This document shows positions 1 to 11,779 of a stretch of 64,000 nucleotides of DNA, in pieces (position 1 is the stretch's first letter; the number at the start of each line of letters is the position of its first letter). The notes below the pieces were generated by a model. It did not search any database. It saw nothing but the letters and a program-made list of their open reading frames with translations, and had not been told where the DNA came from. Origin of the DNA: Camelus dromedarius. Its lineage: Eukaryota. The position numbers were made by a program, and so were the translations under genes. The stretch lies in the NCBI RefSeq assembly GCF_036321535.1, contig NC_087436.1:16740001-16804000 (forward strand), read 5' to 3'.

Positions 1-604
1 ATCTTCTGAGTTATAGTTTAAAATAAACATGATCTTTCCTTTTTATGTACAAGACATTCAACCTCACATAACTGCACATGAATCAGGGATGTATATAATC
101 CGGAATTAGTAAATATGTTCATATATTCATGCTTCTTTCATGATTCTCTTCAAAATAAGCTACACTAGAATTCTAAAATCAGTTTTTGACATCATACCAT
201 TGTTTTAACTTGATAATTCAGATTGATTGGCACAAATGACAAAACAATCCCACACTCTAGTGATATGCAAGGAGTAATCCTGCATTTAGTAATTAATAAT
301 ATCTTTCCTTGATACTATTCTCCTTAAGTAAACTGAAAGAGTTAGAAAATGAAACCTGGGATCTAGAAAATGTGCCTACCTGGAGGAGTGAAAAAGATCT
401 TAGATCTATAGAAGATGTGATGGACATTTTGCTCTGAGTGCATCAAATTACTGTGAGGGTGTAAGAATTGTTTCTGTAATCAACATGGCAGCCAAAGTTG
501 TAAACATAAATGTAACTGCCAACACTCTCATGCATACCCAGTCTACCGGCGGATACATTTGTTCAGTGTCATGTGACTACACCTCATTAGACAGAATTTA
601 AACC

Positions 605-1150
605 CATGGCTCTCAAACTGTGTGCTGCGGCACCCTGAAGCACTGGAATGAACTCACAAGGAAACTGAAGGATATTTACAATATTCAAGGAAACATGATA
701 CTTGTCATCTGTCAGAAATGGAACAGATTATTAGCTTGAGGTAGTTTAAAGTTTCAATATGAGACAGTGCTACATTCCTTTTGGTAATGCCATATCTTTG
801 CAAAGCTTTAGTGGTTCCTTTGAGAAAAGATATAGTAAGTAAAAATCTGTACGGAATAGGGAAAGAAGGTGGTGTGCAATCTGATTCCAAGACTGGAGAA
901 TCTTGTGTGCCCCAAAGCTCACACATCCCAAAAATAATTGTTGCTATTTAAGAATAAAATAAACGTATCTTCTTTCTATTAGTGTTTATAATTTTTTCAA
1001 AGGCTACCATCTTGGTATATAAATACCTATTAAATTGATTAGACATAACTACTTAATAAACAAATAGTTATTTCTTTTTCTTCAACAAAAATTGCTATAA
1101 AAAGATTACTGTGATACTCAGGGTGTTGTGAACTGTGAAAATTTGGATTA
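605..1150 (+). mobile_element. hAT-Charlie DNA transposon relic, Charlie4a-like
   Basis: Begins CATGGCTCTCAAACTGTGTGCTGCGGCACCC and ends GGGTGTTGTGAACTGTGAAAATTTGG. Internal GCTACATTCCTTT...CATATCTTTGCAAAGC...CAATCTGATTCCAAG...CACACATCCCA resembles the recalled Charlie4a consensus. Confidence 0.8.
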
Positions 1151-1940
1151 TGCATTTATTTTCATAGTAAAAGCAAAAGGCATTTTGTGCTAAATTGAAA
1201 TTTTAAATACTGTAAATATTTCATGAAAAATGCTCTTTGTGAATGAAAAATTTTTGTTTCATATCACCTTTTCCTTACAGTTCGGGAATGTTCTCAAAAC
1301 TGGCAAAATGTAACCATTGAGGCAAAGAGAATGTGGAGTGAATTCACAGTCTTTTCTATTTCCTTCCCTACCCAAGTGGGCACCTAACATTTAAGGAAAC
1401 TTAGCAGATCCCAGCCCTAAGCCCTGAAGGGCTAATACTTAATCAGGTTCTGGCACTGAGTTTATTGATGTGGCAATAGTGTGGCAATGGTAATGGTTGG
1501 GGGAGGGTGGTAGGGAGTGGTGAGGAAAGTGAAGATAAGGCTCCTCATGGAGATAAGGTTCAGAGTCTCACAAGAGGAAAGACTGGAGAGTGAGAGCCGT
1601 AAACTAATGGCTCAGGGTTTCCCAACTTCCTGGCCCATGGTGTTTTCTTCTGCTGAAGGTCCTGACTGCCACCAAACCTACAAAGCATATTTTCCACTTT
1701 GCTGCACAGCCCCCTTCCCCTACTCCAACTCCCCAACACCGATGGTCTGACTCCATTATTTTCTGACACATTTTTTTCTCACTTCTGTTTAAACCTTAGA
1801 TAGATAACAGATAGTATATAGGTCATGGTGGCCCCCAGAAGTCTGACAAACAAATATGTATATATAGCCTTTTAATATGCAGATCTAATTCTGTATTCTC
1901 AACTTTTTAAAACTCATTTTTAGGAGATAGCATCCTTCGG

Positions 1941-2088
1941 AAAGCCCCAGCTAAGACTGACACTCACCTGGGAAAGGTTAGTGTTGTATGTAACTGGTTA
2001 TCGTGGAGTCAGGATACAGCGGTTGTGCAGGTGTGAGTACGTAGCAGGTCGGGTGTTTGAGGTAGGATTGAGAATATGCCCTGAAAAG
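1941..2088. repeat. Copy A of a diverged local direct repeat (copy B at ~3648-3776)
   Basis: GGTTATCGTGGAGTCAGG is identical at 1996-2013 and 3683-3700. The next 54 aligned nt match at 40/54. Upstream AAAGCCCCAGCTAAGAC resembles AAAGCTCCAGCTAGGAT. Confidence 0.8.
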
Positions 2089-2753
2089 TTGAAACTTTGT
2101 GTCCTTAGAGCATTGAGAAAGGGTGTCTGGCTTCTCCTGGGCTCCAACTCCCGGATCACGGAGGAGTCGGTGAGGCAGAGAACAGAGCATCTCAGAACTG
2201 GAAACCACCAGTCTGCTCCTGCAGTAGTTTCTTTGGTCATCGCTTTATGTGTGACCCCCAAGTGGTGCCCGTGGGAGTTCAGAGCAGGGAAGATGCCCGC
2301 CAGTGCGTAGCCAAAAGAGGGAACCCAGAGGGGAAGTTCTGACATTGAGGTGACATCTAGATCTGTGCTATTTCCAGCAATTACCAACTTCTTCGCATCC
2401 ATTTTCTAGTAGTCCTGGGGCATCAGATTAAGAGGCCGCAGGCTTACAAAGACTTTGGAGCAGGGAGGGCTACATCTGAAGTTTGCGGAGACCTCTGTCC
2501 ATCATCTTGGTGAACTACAGCTACACCCGAGGTTTGGAAATGGCCACTGTTTTTATCTGTAGCTATGTCCCTCTTGAAAAGCAGCGGAGGGCCTCTTTGC
2601 CTTTGAGAAACACCCTTTATATCCTGAGGACACTCTCCGTTTGCAGGAGCTTTCTAAAGTCTGGAAGCCTCAGCCGTGGGTGGAGGGCTAAGCCCTGGTG
2701 AACTCTGACCAAGTCGTCGCTCTGTCGCCGCCCCTGGGGAAGCGGCCCAGGGA

Positions 2754-2865
2754 GCTGAGGGGCTGAGGGACTGAGGGGCTGAGGGGCAGAGGGGCTGAGG
2801 GGCTGAGGGGCAGAGGGGCTGAGGAGCTGAGGAGCTGAGGAGCTGAGGAGCTGAGGAGCTGAGGG
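2754..2865. repeat. 8-bp G-rich minisatellite (GCTGAGGG/GCTGAGGA variants), 14 units
   Basis: Read directly: 14 consecutive 8-mers with variants ACTGAGGG, GCAGAGGG and GCTGAGGA. Confidence 0.95.
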
Positions 2866-2944
2866 GGAGGGCGGGGCCTGCTGGGGGCGGGGTTGGGTGG
2901 GACAGGGTGGAACCGGTGCTGGGGGCGGGGCTTGTTCTGACCGG

Positions 2945-3009
2945 AAGGTGAAGGCGCCGAGGCTGAGGAAGAGGCAAAACCGCTGTGGAGACCCAAGGGC
3001 GGGAGACCG
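2945..3009 (+). other. Probable non-coding first exon of an unidentified long-intron gene or lncRNA (start approximate)
   Basis: Lies just downstream of the GC boxes and ETS-like site. Donor CCG|GTGAGC at 3009/3010. No ATG. Downstream L1s are mostly antisense to +. Confidence 0.6.
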
Positions 3010-3647
3010 GTGAGCGGCGGACGTGTGGTCGCGTCAGAAGAGAGTCAGAAGAGGGTTGGGGGGCGGTTTGGGAGCTTTCCTTTGGTTTTTAATACTGAGA
3101 CGTCGTAGAGTGTACATTCTTCTCAGGCATTGTTTATGTGGGAAAAATTTCTATTTACATTTCCCATACTGCATACATTATGTAAAACCGGATGTGTAGA
3201 AAAAGTCTGAGGTTATTCCAAAATGAGAGAAAGCCAGAATTGCGAGCGGACATCTTGAAAAGCCGAGATGTTGGGCGTCTTGGATGACGGGTCTCGCGGC
3301 CTGGTGCTTAGAGCTGCAACCAGCCCCGCCGTCGTGCGCTGGTTCCGAACGCATTTTCCACAGTACTTTTTGTGTTGAGGCCTTGTTTTGCCTAAAACCG
3401 TCCAATGAGAAAGTGTTGAAGAAAATAGTGAAATAGCAGAACAACCGAGAAGAGCAACTAATGGAAAAGATGTTACTTCATACAAATAAACTTTTTAAAA
3501 ATAAACATTAATGATTAGTGATCAGAAAGAGATGTTTTGAACATCTAAATCCTAGAGTGATGCTTTGATAATTATAAATAGACACAGTTTTACTGCTTTA
3601 GGGTTGGTTGGTTGGTTTGTTTTAAGGAAGGTGACAGTATTGTGCTC

Positions 3648-3776
3648 AAAGCTCCAGCTAGGATGGGCGCACACACGTAATGGGTTATCGTGGAGTCAGG
3701 GAGTCAGGACACAGTGGTTGTGTACATGTGTGTAAGTAACCAGTGGGATGTGTGAGGTGGGACACACCCTTAAAGG
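3648..3776. repeat. Copy B of the diverged local direct repeat
   Basis: Homologous to 1941-2088. Carries an extra GAGTCAGG duplication at 3701-3708. Confidence 0.8.
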
Positions 3777-3896
3777 ATTTTCTTTTTTTAAAATAGTGCA
3801 GTATGGTGAGCATTTGTGCATACAACATTCAGTTTTTAGGAATGAATTACTAATGTTAAATAGGAGGTGCTTTTACTAATCTATTTAATGTTTAAC

Positions 3897-4008
3897 TACA
3901 GAGAGATTAATTAATTTTCCAAGGTCACACAGCCAGTTAATGGCAGAGCCAGGATTTGAACCCAAGAAGCCTAGCCCCAGTGTTTATGCTCTTAACCACA
4001 ACTCTGTA
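3897..4008 (-). mobile_element. MIR SINE fragment
   Basis: CCAAGGTCACACAGCCAGTTAATGGCAGAGCCAGGATTTGAACCCAAG...GCTCTTAACCAC is the reverse of the MIR 5' half. Confidence 0.85.
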
Positions 4009-4340
4009 TAGTCTCTCAAGAACACTTTAAAAATGGTCTTATTTTAAATCCCTGAAAGAGACACCAACCATGACAGTGGCTATCAGTTGCAAGAATCCAG
4101 TATTTGAAGAAGAAAAGCTGTTTTCCCTTTCATCCCTGTAGGATGTGCTTGTTTTCTCTTTCCTCACCAGTCCAGGTCCTCTCATCCCCTTTCAAATCAA
4201 AACCCTTTAGGGGAAGAACTTCCAAAAAAGCTTCGGACATGTGTAAGCAGAGGGGACTTGGGCTCTGCTTCTTGATGATTATCAGCATGTTTATTGTCTT
4301 TTTTTTTTCCCCCTCGCAGGGCAACAGATCCTTAAAAACA

Positions 4341-4545
4341 GTAAAGATCTAGGTAGTCAATATTTTAGGCTTTGCAGGCCATATGGTCTCTGTGACAAGG
4401 ACTCCACTTTGCTGCCGAAGGCTGAAAACAGCCCTAGACAATACATAAATGAATGGGGCATGGCTGTCTTCCAAGAAAACCATCTATAAAAACAGGTGGC
4501 TAGCTGGATTTGGCTTGTGGGCTAGACTGTAGTTTGCAACCCCTC
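4341..4545. mobile_element. MER58A-like hAT-Charlie MITE
   Basis: TATTTTAGGCTTTGCAGGCCATATGGTCTCTGT...AAAACAGGTGGC...GGATTTGGC...GTAGTTTGCAACCCCT. Confidence 0.85.
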
Positions 4546-4594
4546 GTCTAGATCTTTGAGTAATTTCTATATCATTTTTCTGAATAATAGTCAA

Positions 4595-4795
4595 TGCACA
4601 TGAAGTGCATGCTCTGTGTCAGGCACTGAGCAAACACATTAACATGTGGACTCATTTGATACTGATACTAACTCTATGGAGTAAATATGTTTAAAATTCT
4701 GTTTTACTGATAAGGAAATCAAAACATACAGAGATTAAGTTACAGATCTCATAGGCAGAGCTGAAACTTCAGAGACTTTGCTCTTAAATACTCCA
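4595..4795 (-). mobile_element. MIR SINE (degenerate)
   Basis: TGTGTCAGGCACTG...CTCATTTGAT...TTTTACTGATAAGGAAA...CAGAGATTAAGT. Confidence 0.65.
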
Positions 4796-6162
4796 TTTTA
4801 TTGATAGTTTGAAACAAGGTTACTTGTCTTGCAAGTCTGCCCGTATTGTTTTATTTTGGTTTCACTACTCATTTTGGTACCTTTTCAGTTGTCCATATTG
4901 CCTGTTGAGTTCTAGTCTTCAGTTTTTGCCTATGGACTTGACATTTCTATCCTACATCTTTAAATTTAAATAAAAATCCTGATTGCCCGTTTTGCATCTG
5001 ATGCTTAGCATACAGTCATTAATATTTATGTAAGGCTTACAAAACCCTGTTTGTTTATGGCTGTGAACATAAAAGATTTCATGACTTTCAAGAACACTTA
5101 AGAGCAATATCCAAGTATTTGGGGATAAGTGCTTTTGGAAGCACTCGACAGAACTGTAGTGGGAGATGCAGAGACAAGATCATTTCTCCTTGCAAAAAGA
5201 ACTGAAGACAAAAGACCATCCTGGGAACTTGAGGTTTTCTCTTTTTTTCTTTTCAAGTATGCACGTGCCAGCTGAGAAAGTTGGAACAGATCGAATAGAA
5301 GGATGTAATTCCAGGGGCATGACTGACATCCTTTGTGAGAATCTTTGGTCTTTCATCAAAACATAGTGGCACTGATGAATCTTACAGTCACAATGATACC
5401 ATCTAGTAAGGATTAGAAATTACCAGGAAATAATTTTTAATGCAGTAAGATAAATATTCTCTTGAATTAGTATTTTAACTTGATCAAAATTTTGTAGTAC
5501 AATATAAAATGTATCTAAAAGGAGTAGTCATTTAATTTAAAGAATTTGCAGAGTCCTCATGAAGAATGTTAGAATAAAACTGATTTCATGGTAGCATTTT
5601 TTTTCTAACTGCAGAAAAGTTTAAAAGTCTTAAGAAATACTATAAACCTTCTTATTTTTGTGCCATTCTTAGTTGTAGCCTTCAAGTGATATCTCTGTTT
5701 TCCAGTAAAAACAAACAGAAACTGAAAGCCCAGAATATAGAACCCTGCTTAAGGCTCTGTGTGAGATCAATACAGAGGTGTTGATTTAACCGAGGTCTCT
5801 TGAATGTTTTTTTGGATTTTTAAGCTAGTGTGTTAAACAAATAGAGAAAAATAAGTCATTTTAGGCAGAAGTTTCTGGCATTTTTTTCTCTTGTTAATTT
5901 TTTTTATTCAATTAGAAAAAAGATCAACATTATAGAAATTTGTTGAACATTATAACCATTTTGACTTTTAAATTTATACTGAGATTATAGTATGCTATTT
6001 CTTTAGAGACTAAATATTTTTCACTGCAGAAATTGATGTTAGCTAAAGGAGTTACTTTTGCCCACTTGTCATTAGATCACTAAAATGAATATAATTCTTG
6101 TGAACATCAAAATAAAGAATCAGAATATTAGGGATAAAAGGGGCTTTAGAGATTATCTAGTG

Positions 6163-6404
6163 CTGAGTTTCTCAGCCTCAGCACTATTGGCATTTTTGAT
6201 TGGATAAATCTTTGTTTGTGAGAGTGGGGTGGGCAGTCCTGTGCATCATAGGATGTTTACCAGTATCCACTAAATGCCAGTAGTCTATCCATGTCACCCA
6301 TCTCCCTGCACCCCTCCTCTGGGTCCCAGCTGTGACAATCAATATTCCTTAATATTGCCAAATGCTACCTGAGAGGCAAAATCACCTTCAGTTGAGAACC
6401 AGTG
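6163..6404 (-). mobile_element. MER20 hAT MITE with 8-bp target-site duplication
   Basis: TTTCTCAGCCTCAGCACTATTG...GTCCTGTGCATCATAGGATGTTT...GGCAAAATCACC...GTTGAGAACCAGTG. Flanks ATCTAGTG (6155-6162) and ATCTAGTA (6405-6412). Confidence 0.9.
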
Positions 6405-7139
6405 ATCTAGTACAACTCCTCCATTGTAAAATAATGTTAATGCTTTACCCATATTTTCTGAATTTTTCTTTTTTACCTAGTCAGCATCATAGCTAGGTGT
6501 AGAATATCAGAGATAACGGAAAACATAGAATACAGTTATTGATATAATTTCAGGCCTGACCTTAAATAGAATTGACAGACGCAAAGTTTTTATTTAGTAA
6601 GCTTCTTACTTTTATGATCCTTTTTATTATGTTCAGTTCTTTTTCTAGGGCTTTCAGATTGTGCTGTAACCAGTGCTATACAAAGTCACTAAACATATGT
6701 TTAATTCAGCTAACTTTTTTTTTATTTTGGCGGCAAGACTTTCTCAATGACGGAAGCAGTGTGTTGATTTACTTTCTAGCGCAAGTTCCTATCTTCCCAT
6801 TCTCCTATAACAAAGAGATCACAGACAATTAGCAATTTGTGTTCCCTCTTTGGTACCCTTTATACAGATGATCAGGGCCTCTGAGAGTGTTCCCCATCCA
6901 GGCCTCCATTTCTTACCTTGGGGCTCTTCTCTGCTTGGGTTATTCATAAAGCAAACCACATTATTAACTTCACTAAATTCATTACATGAAAATAATTCTT
7001 TATCAATTCTCTTAAAATTTGTATTTGCATCTTTACAAGAATGTCCTAGTAAGGGAGGTGTTTTCAGACAGATAAGTCTTGGTGGCAATACTAATTCTAT
7101 CAGACATGGACAAATTCGATATGTATTTATGAGGCAAAG

Positions 7140-7410
7140 AGAGAAGATGAGAAGGAGGTAGGCAGGCAAAAGTGGTGAGAGTACTTCTGGCAAGAGTGTT
7201 TAGGCAGAGAAAAGTGGGTGTGCAGGCTCCAAGGCAAGAGGACCATGGTGCCTTCCAGAATGGGAAGAGGTTTACTGCAGCTGAGGCTAGAGTTCAAGGG
7301 GAACATGAGGCTTTGGAAGAGTAAGCAGAAGACAGATGGTACAGGGCTTGTGAGCCGAATTATGTAGTTATGACATCATTGCAAGGACATTGGAAAGCCA
7401 GGGGTGATTT
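7140..7410 (-). mobile_element. L2 LINE fragment
   Basis: Purine-rich L2-type AGGCAGAG...GCTGAGGCTAGAG...CAGGGCTTGTGAGCC...TTGGAAAGCCA. Confidence 0.6.
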
Positions 7411-8095
7411 AATAAAGATTTACTAGAGAATATCTACCAAGAAGCTATTTCCATGATCCAAGAGTTTCTGGTCTTTTTGTTACCTTGATCATAGAATTGG
7501 TCTTAAAAGTAACCTGATAGAGAAGAAGTAAATCATAATTATAAGAATACTGAGGAAATGTTATTTTTCTAAATGTACGAGCGTTTGCAGAATGATGCCA
7601 AGCTAAACAGAGTGATCAGTGTCAAATAACAATTTCACACAGATACAAAAGGATATTTGGTTCAGAACCTACAGCTAGAAAAAAAGATCGAGGAAGATGA
7701 CCAGATCTTTTAGGCAGGAGAGAAAAGAACAGCATCTAAATTCAACTTAGAGAGCTGGTGGCCACAGTAACTTTATTAGCATTCGAGTAAATAACCTTAG
7801 CCCCAACTAGAGCATGCACATTTGGAAAACAGTTACAGTTTGGGAGAAAGCTGCTGCTGGTTCAATTTTTGTTCTGCTGATGGAACAATCTGTTCCTGTT
7901 ATGGTGCCCTACTACCTCGATGAAATAGAGAGATTGCAAGCTGTACAACTGGGAAACCAACAAAGTCAAGCTGTCCTGACTTTTTCTAGTTTAGCCTTTG
8001 AATCGTCAACTTAGCTGTAAACTGGGCCATGTTTAACACAGGAGGAAGCCCATATTGCTAACCCTAAAATGTGGAATGCTTATTACTTTTTCCAG

Positions 8096-8258
8096 ATTTA
8101 ATGAAACATGATTGTTCTATGCACTATGAAGAGAGTGTGGCCAATAAAATCAGAGGATGACTAAAATAAAACCATGGTGATCTTTGATGTAAAAGCAGAG
8201 TTTTGATAACAGAGTCGGGTCTGGCAGTAACTCCTGTCATTCTTCAACTTTTTAAAGA
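8096..8258 (+). other. Candidate internal non-coding exon
   Basis: Branch-like CTAAC at 8058-8062, acceptor TTACTTTTTCCAG|A, donor AGA|GTGAGT. Contains only short ORFs. Confidence 0.35.
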
Positions 8259-9809
8259 GTGAGTCCTAACATTTGACTCCTTCCTGCCATACCTCACAAA
8301 GATGATCGAGACAAGGAAGAAATTATTAATAGTAAATTCTAGGTAGTACTCTCCCTGAAGCTGATGGACAAGATTCTCTTCATGCCATGAGATAATCAAC
8401 AGGAACCTTGTATTTTATGCTTGTAACCTATCAGACTTTGAAAAGCAGGAAGTTTTTAATTTAAGTGAGAAAAAATACTCTTTTCAGGATTGCTTTTGGA
8501 CACGTGTATAGTAAAAGTACTTCTTAAAATGTTTTAAAATAAATGTTAAGTATTAACACAATATTTTGAGGGGCTTAGTTAAACACAAAGGACTTCTGTG
8601 AGTTTTCACATTAAAATGTCAAATTCTTTTCAAATGTGGTTTTGGGGAAAATTATCTTGATCATATTGGCTTTGGTTATAATTCCATTCATTCAATTTGC
8701 TTTATTCCCTGGTTTTTAAAATAACTAATTTTGATTCTGAAAAAAATTAAGAGTTCTAGTGTGATAAATGCAGTTTTTCTTTCATGTAAAAAAATGAAAA
8801 GTCTTAGTAATTTGCAACTTAGTTTTGCATTCCAGGTATGGAATAGCATTGCAAAAAATCCTTCAAAACCTGTATATTTTGTTTTTCTTTTTTTGTGTGG
8901 GGGAAGGGGTGGTTGTGAACGCTATAATTGGAACTTTCAGCAATATTGTTGTTCTTTCTACTTGATTCTTAAAAATAATAAGGGAAATTTCTGCACTTAG
9001 AACAAAGATACTGTAAATATAAAAATTGTGGAGCAAAAATATTAATAATAACATACTTAAGAACTATGTTAAAATAAGAGTGGAGGAATTGGTCTTGGTA
9101 GAGATGTGTCTCTCAAGATTGACAAATGGCCCAGAAGAGAAAACTGGGGCTAAGAGAGACTTCTTTGGTGGGCAGTAGGTGTCTAGAACTAGCTGCCTTT
9201 CCTGAAGAAAGAGGAATAAGTGTTGTAAATGAAGGAAATTTGACTTACCGCTTTGTATTTATTCACTCTCACCTCAATGGATAATCTCCATATCCTACCA
9301 ACTGTTTTCTTTTGAGAGGAAAATGTCTAATTATTATTTTTTGGGCTCCATCGTGATGATGAACACTAAATATCAATAGTTTAGGCAAACTGTTAGTAAT
9401 TAGAGTATTCAGTAAGTAGTCTTCTCCAAACTGAAATATTTAGGCAGTCTTCTTAGATTTCTGTTATTGCAGAGAACTAGTAGTATTGCTTCTCAAGCTC
9501 TACCATTATTTGAAATTACTCCATATAGTCAAATCTAAATGCTTTTTCTTATTCTCATTCTGCTTTCTTTTCCTTGGGTACTTATTATTTCCCACAGTAA
9601 ATATTTTTAATATTTTTTCTGTCTCATTCAGTTCTCTCCCAATTTTTCAAGCTCCTCAGTTTTTAATGTATCATTCTGTGCAGTGAATGCTGAACTAGCT
9701 ACCCCTGTACCTTAAGCATGATCTTTACCTTCTCTAGTCCTTAACCTTACTCATCTGGAAAATGAGGGGATGGACTAAAGCAGTGTAAATCCTCAGTGAG
9801 GATTGTTGT

Positions 9810-10250
9810 AAATTGAATTCTGTGGGAACAGACTCTGAGAAGGAGAACCGAGTGCAGAAGTTTACTGGTATGTGTGTGTTCACAGGAGATACTCCTGTGA
9901 TGAAGTTAGGAAGGCAAAATTGGGCAGAAGGAGAAACTGACCTGCAGATAGGATAGCAGTTGAACCTTTCAGCAAGTCCTAAAGAAAGCTGTAAGGATAA
10001 GAAAGCTTTGTTCCAAGTTGAAGCAAAAGAGTCAGGCCTTTGCGTTCTGCATCCTTTATCAGCCAGACATGACCCGTGGGTTCCTCCTGGGAGGGAGAAT
10101 AACCTTGGGCAAGGCAGTTCTCTGCAGCAGAGGCAATGCTCAGTGAAGGACATAGCTATGAAATATAAGCAAATGGTATTCCCTGCAACTTGAAGGTGGA
10201 TGCATTGGCATTGAAGAGGGGATCTGGGCAGAGCACTAGTTTCTATTACT
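9810..10250 (-). mobile_element. ERVL LTR, LTR16-like, between MIR-like (~9690-9780) and hAT MITE-like (~10250-10392) remnants
   Basis: CAGACTCTGAGA...GTGCAGAAGTTTACT...TTGGGCAGAAGGAGAA...ACCTTGGGCAAGGCAG...GAAGAGGGGATCTGGGCAG resembles reverse LTR16. Confidence 0.75.
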
Positions 10251-11779
10251 GGTAATTTTGGGCGAGGCAATTCTTTGTTATGTGAAAATAATCCAGGCAT
10301 TGCAGGCATGTAGCATCTGGCCCCACCTAATAGGACCATCACACTCGCCCACATTTCTAAACAACCCTTGGGATCCTGGTTGAGAATCATTAGAGATCAT
10401 TAGGCTGAAAGATTGCTCAGTGTCTGGATCAAAGTTTGATCACCTGATCAAAGTTAAAAGAGATCCAGCAAAAGAATGAGTCCATTGTGACTCAAATAAT
10501 GCTGTGCTGAACCTACTTGAATGTAAATAGTTCTGGGGGAATTACTGGGTCAAAGGGCATGAAGATTTTAAAGAGCATTGCCATGTATTGCCCTGTAGAG
10601 TGGTTGAGCCAGTTTACATTCTCACTAGCAATCTAGCAGTCATATGCATTTACCATTTTCCTATTAACTTGAATCTCTGTAAATTTTATTGATATTGTGG
10701 ATGGAGTCCTGGAAAGTAGGGAAGGAAGTGAGAGTTGGGTACCACATGCTATGCTGCTGTGCCTGTTTTTCTCTGAGTTTTACTAATGCTTCCAAGGATA
10801 CTCTGACAACACTGAGAAAGAGTCAGGCATAAGGGAGCAGGAGAATTGCTAGGTACCTTATCTACAATTGATGTTTGAAAAATCAGAACGCTTACAACAG
10901 ATAAGCATTTATAGGGAAGAAAATGGAAATTTTTGAAATTTTTACCACATAATTCAAACTCTCCTGATTGTAACCCTTTATTCCAATCTAACAGGTTTAG
11001 ATTAGTTCAGTTCTGTTCTTTAAATCTCTATTAACAATTCAAAAAGAAATATCTGCTGTTAGCCTAGACTTTTTCCTAAGGGGCCAGGTGGTGCTGGGTT
11101 TGGCAGCTTATTTGGAGAAAGACTCAGTGAGTGTGGAGACTAAAATAACAAACTTGTTTTGAGACAGAGTGCTTCTAGGACATGATTTGAGATTTTAAAA
11201 ATTAATTGCAGAGGTATCCAACTATCATTTATAAACAGAAGAAACTGTTTTCTTTCACATTTACACAAAATTCTTCATGTGGCCAACTTGAGGATCTTTT
11301 ATTTCCCCCTGTTTACTTTATTTTTCTGTAATTATAATTTACCTTGTAAAGAGTTGCTCTGTCATGATATTATAGTGTGTCACTAGACATCATGACATTT
11401 TTCTAGATTGGTAGAAAATGAGTCAGCCAATCAATAGCATGTGTTTGATATCAACACTGAATTACCCATATTACTTTAGAGAAAACTGACCTATGAAGAG
11501 ACATCATTTTACTTTGGGAAGGTTAAAATAATAAGAGCTGGACCAAGTATTTATATTATCTGTGTCCCTTGATTTTAGATTTTTAGAAGCAACTAAACAC
11601 TTGTACTAAATATGGAAGAAATAATACTAGGAAGGTTGGTGTATTTTGCTACAATAGCAAAAAATAGTTTTCTATGAAAACAGATTAGTTCTCTGTTTAT
11701 GGGTCTAAATTATTAATGTTTATGGGTCTATTAAAAAGGTGGATATTTTAATCTAGATTCTTTGATTGTAGGAAATTTA

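Larger units (their letters stand above)
2650..3400. promoter_or_regulatory. CpG-island promoter
   Basis: Only GC/CpG-dense region of the window. GC boxes (GGGCGG) at 2869-2874, 2884-2892 and 2921-2930. ETS-like ACCGGAAG at 2940-2947. Splice donor follows shortly downstream. Confidence 0.85.

Noticed and set aside
2754..2865. Immunoglobulin switch-region-like repeats (GAGCT/GGGCT)
   Set aside because: Only ~110 bp, with 8-bp rather than 5-bp period and no Ig exons nearby.
2654..2996. Pro/Ser-rich ORFs with SAPQ repeats
   Set aside because: Translation of the 8-bp minisatellite and GC boxes; no evidence of coding.
9734..10390. 218-aa ORF, the longest in the window
   Set aside because: It crosses MIR-like, LTR16-like and hAT fragments and has no recognisable domain; a chance ORF.
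11695..11731. Short direct repeats (TGTTTATGGGTCTA x2; similar cases near 19720, 57650 and 60080)
   Set aside because: Ordinary slippage micro-duplications with no further structure.
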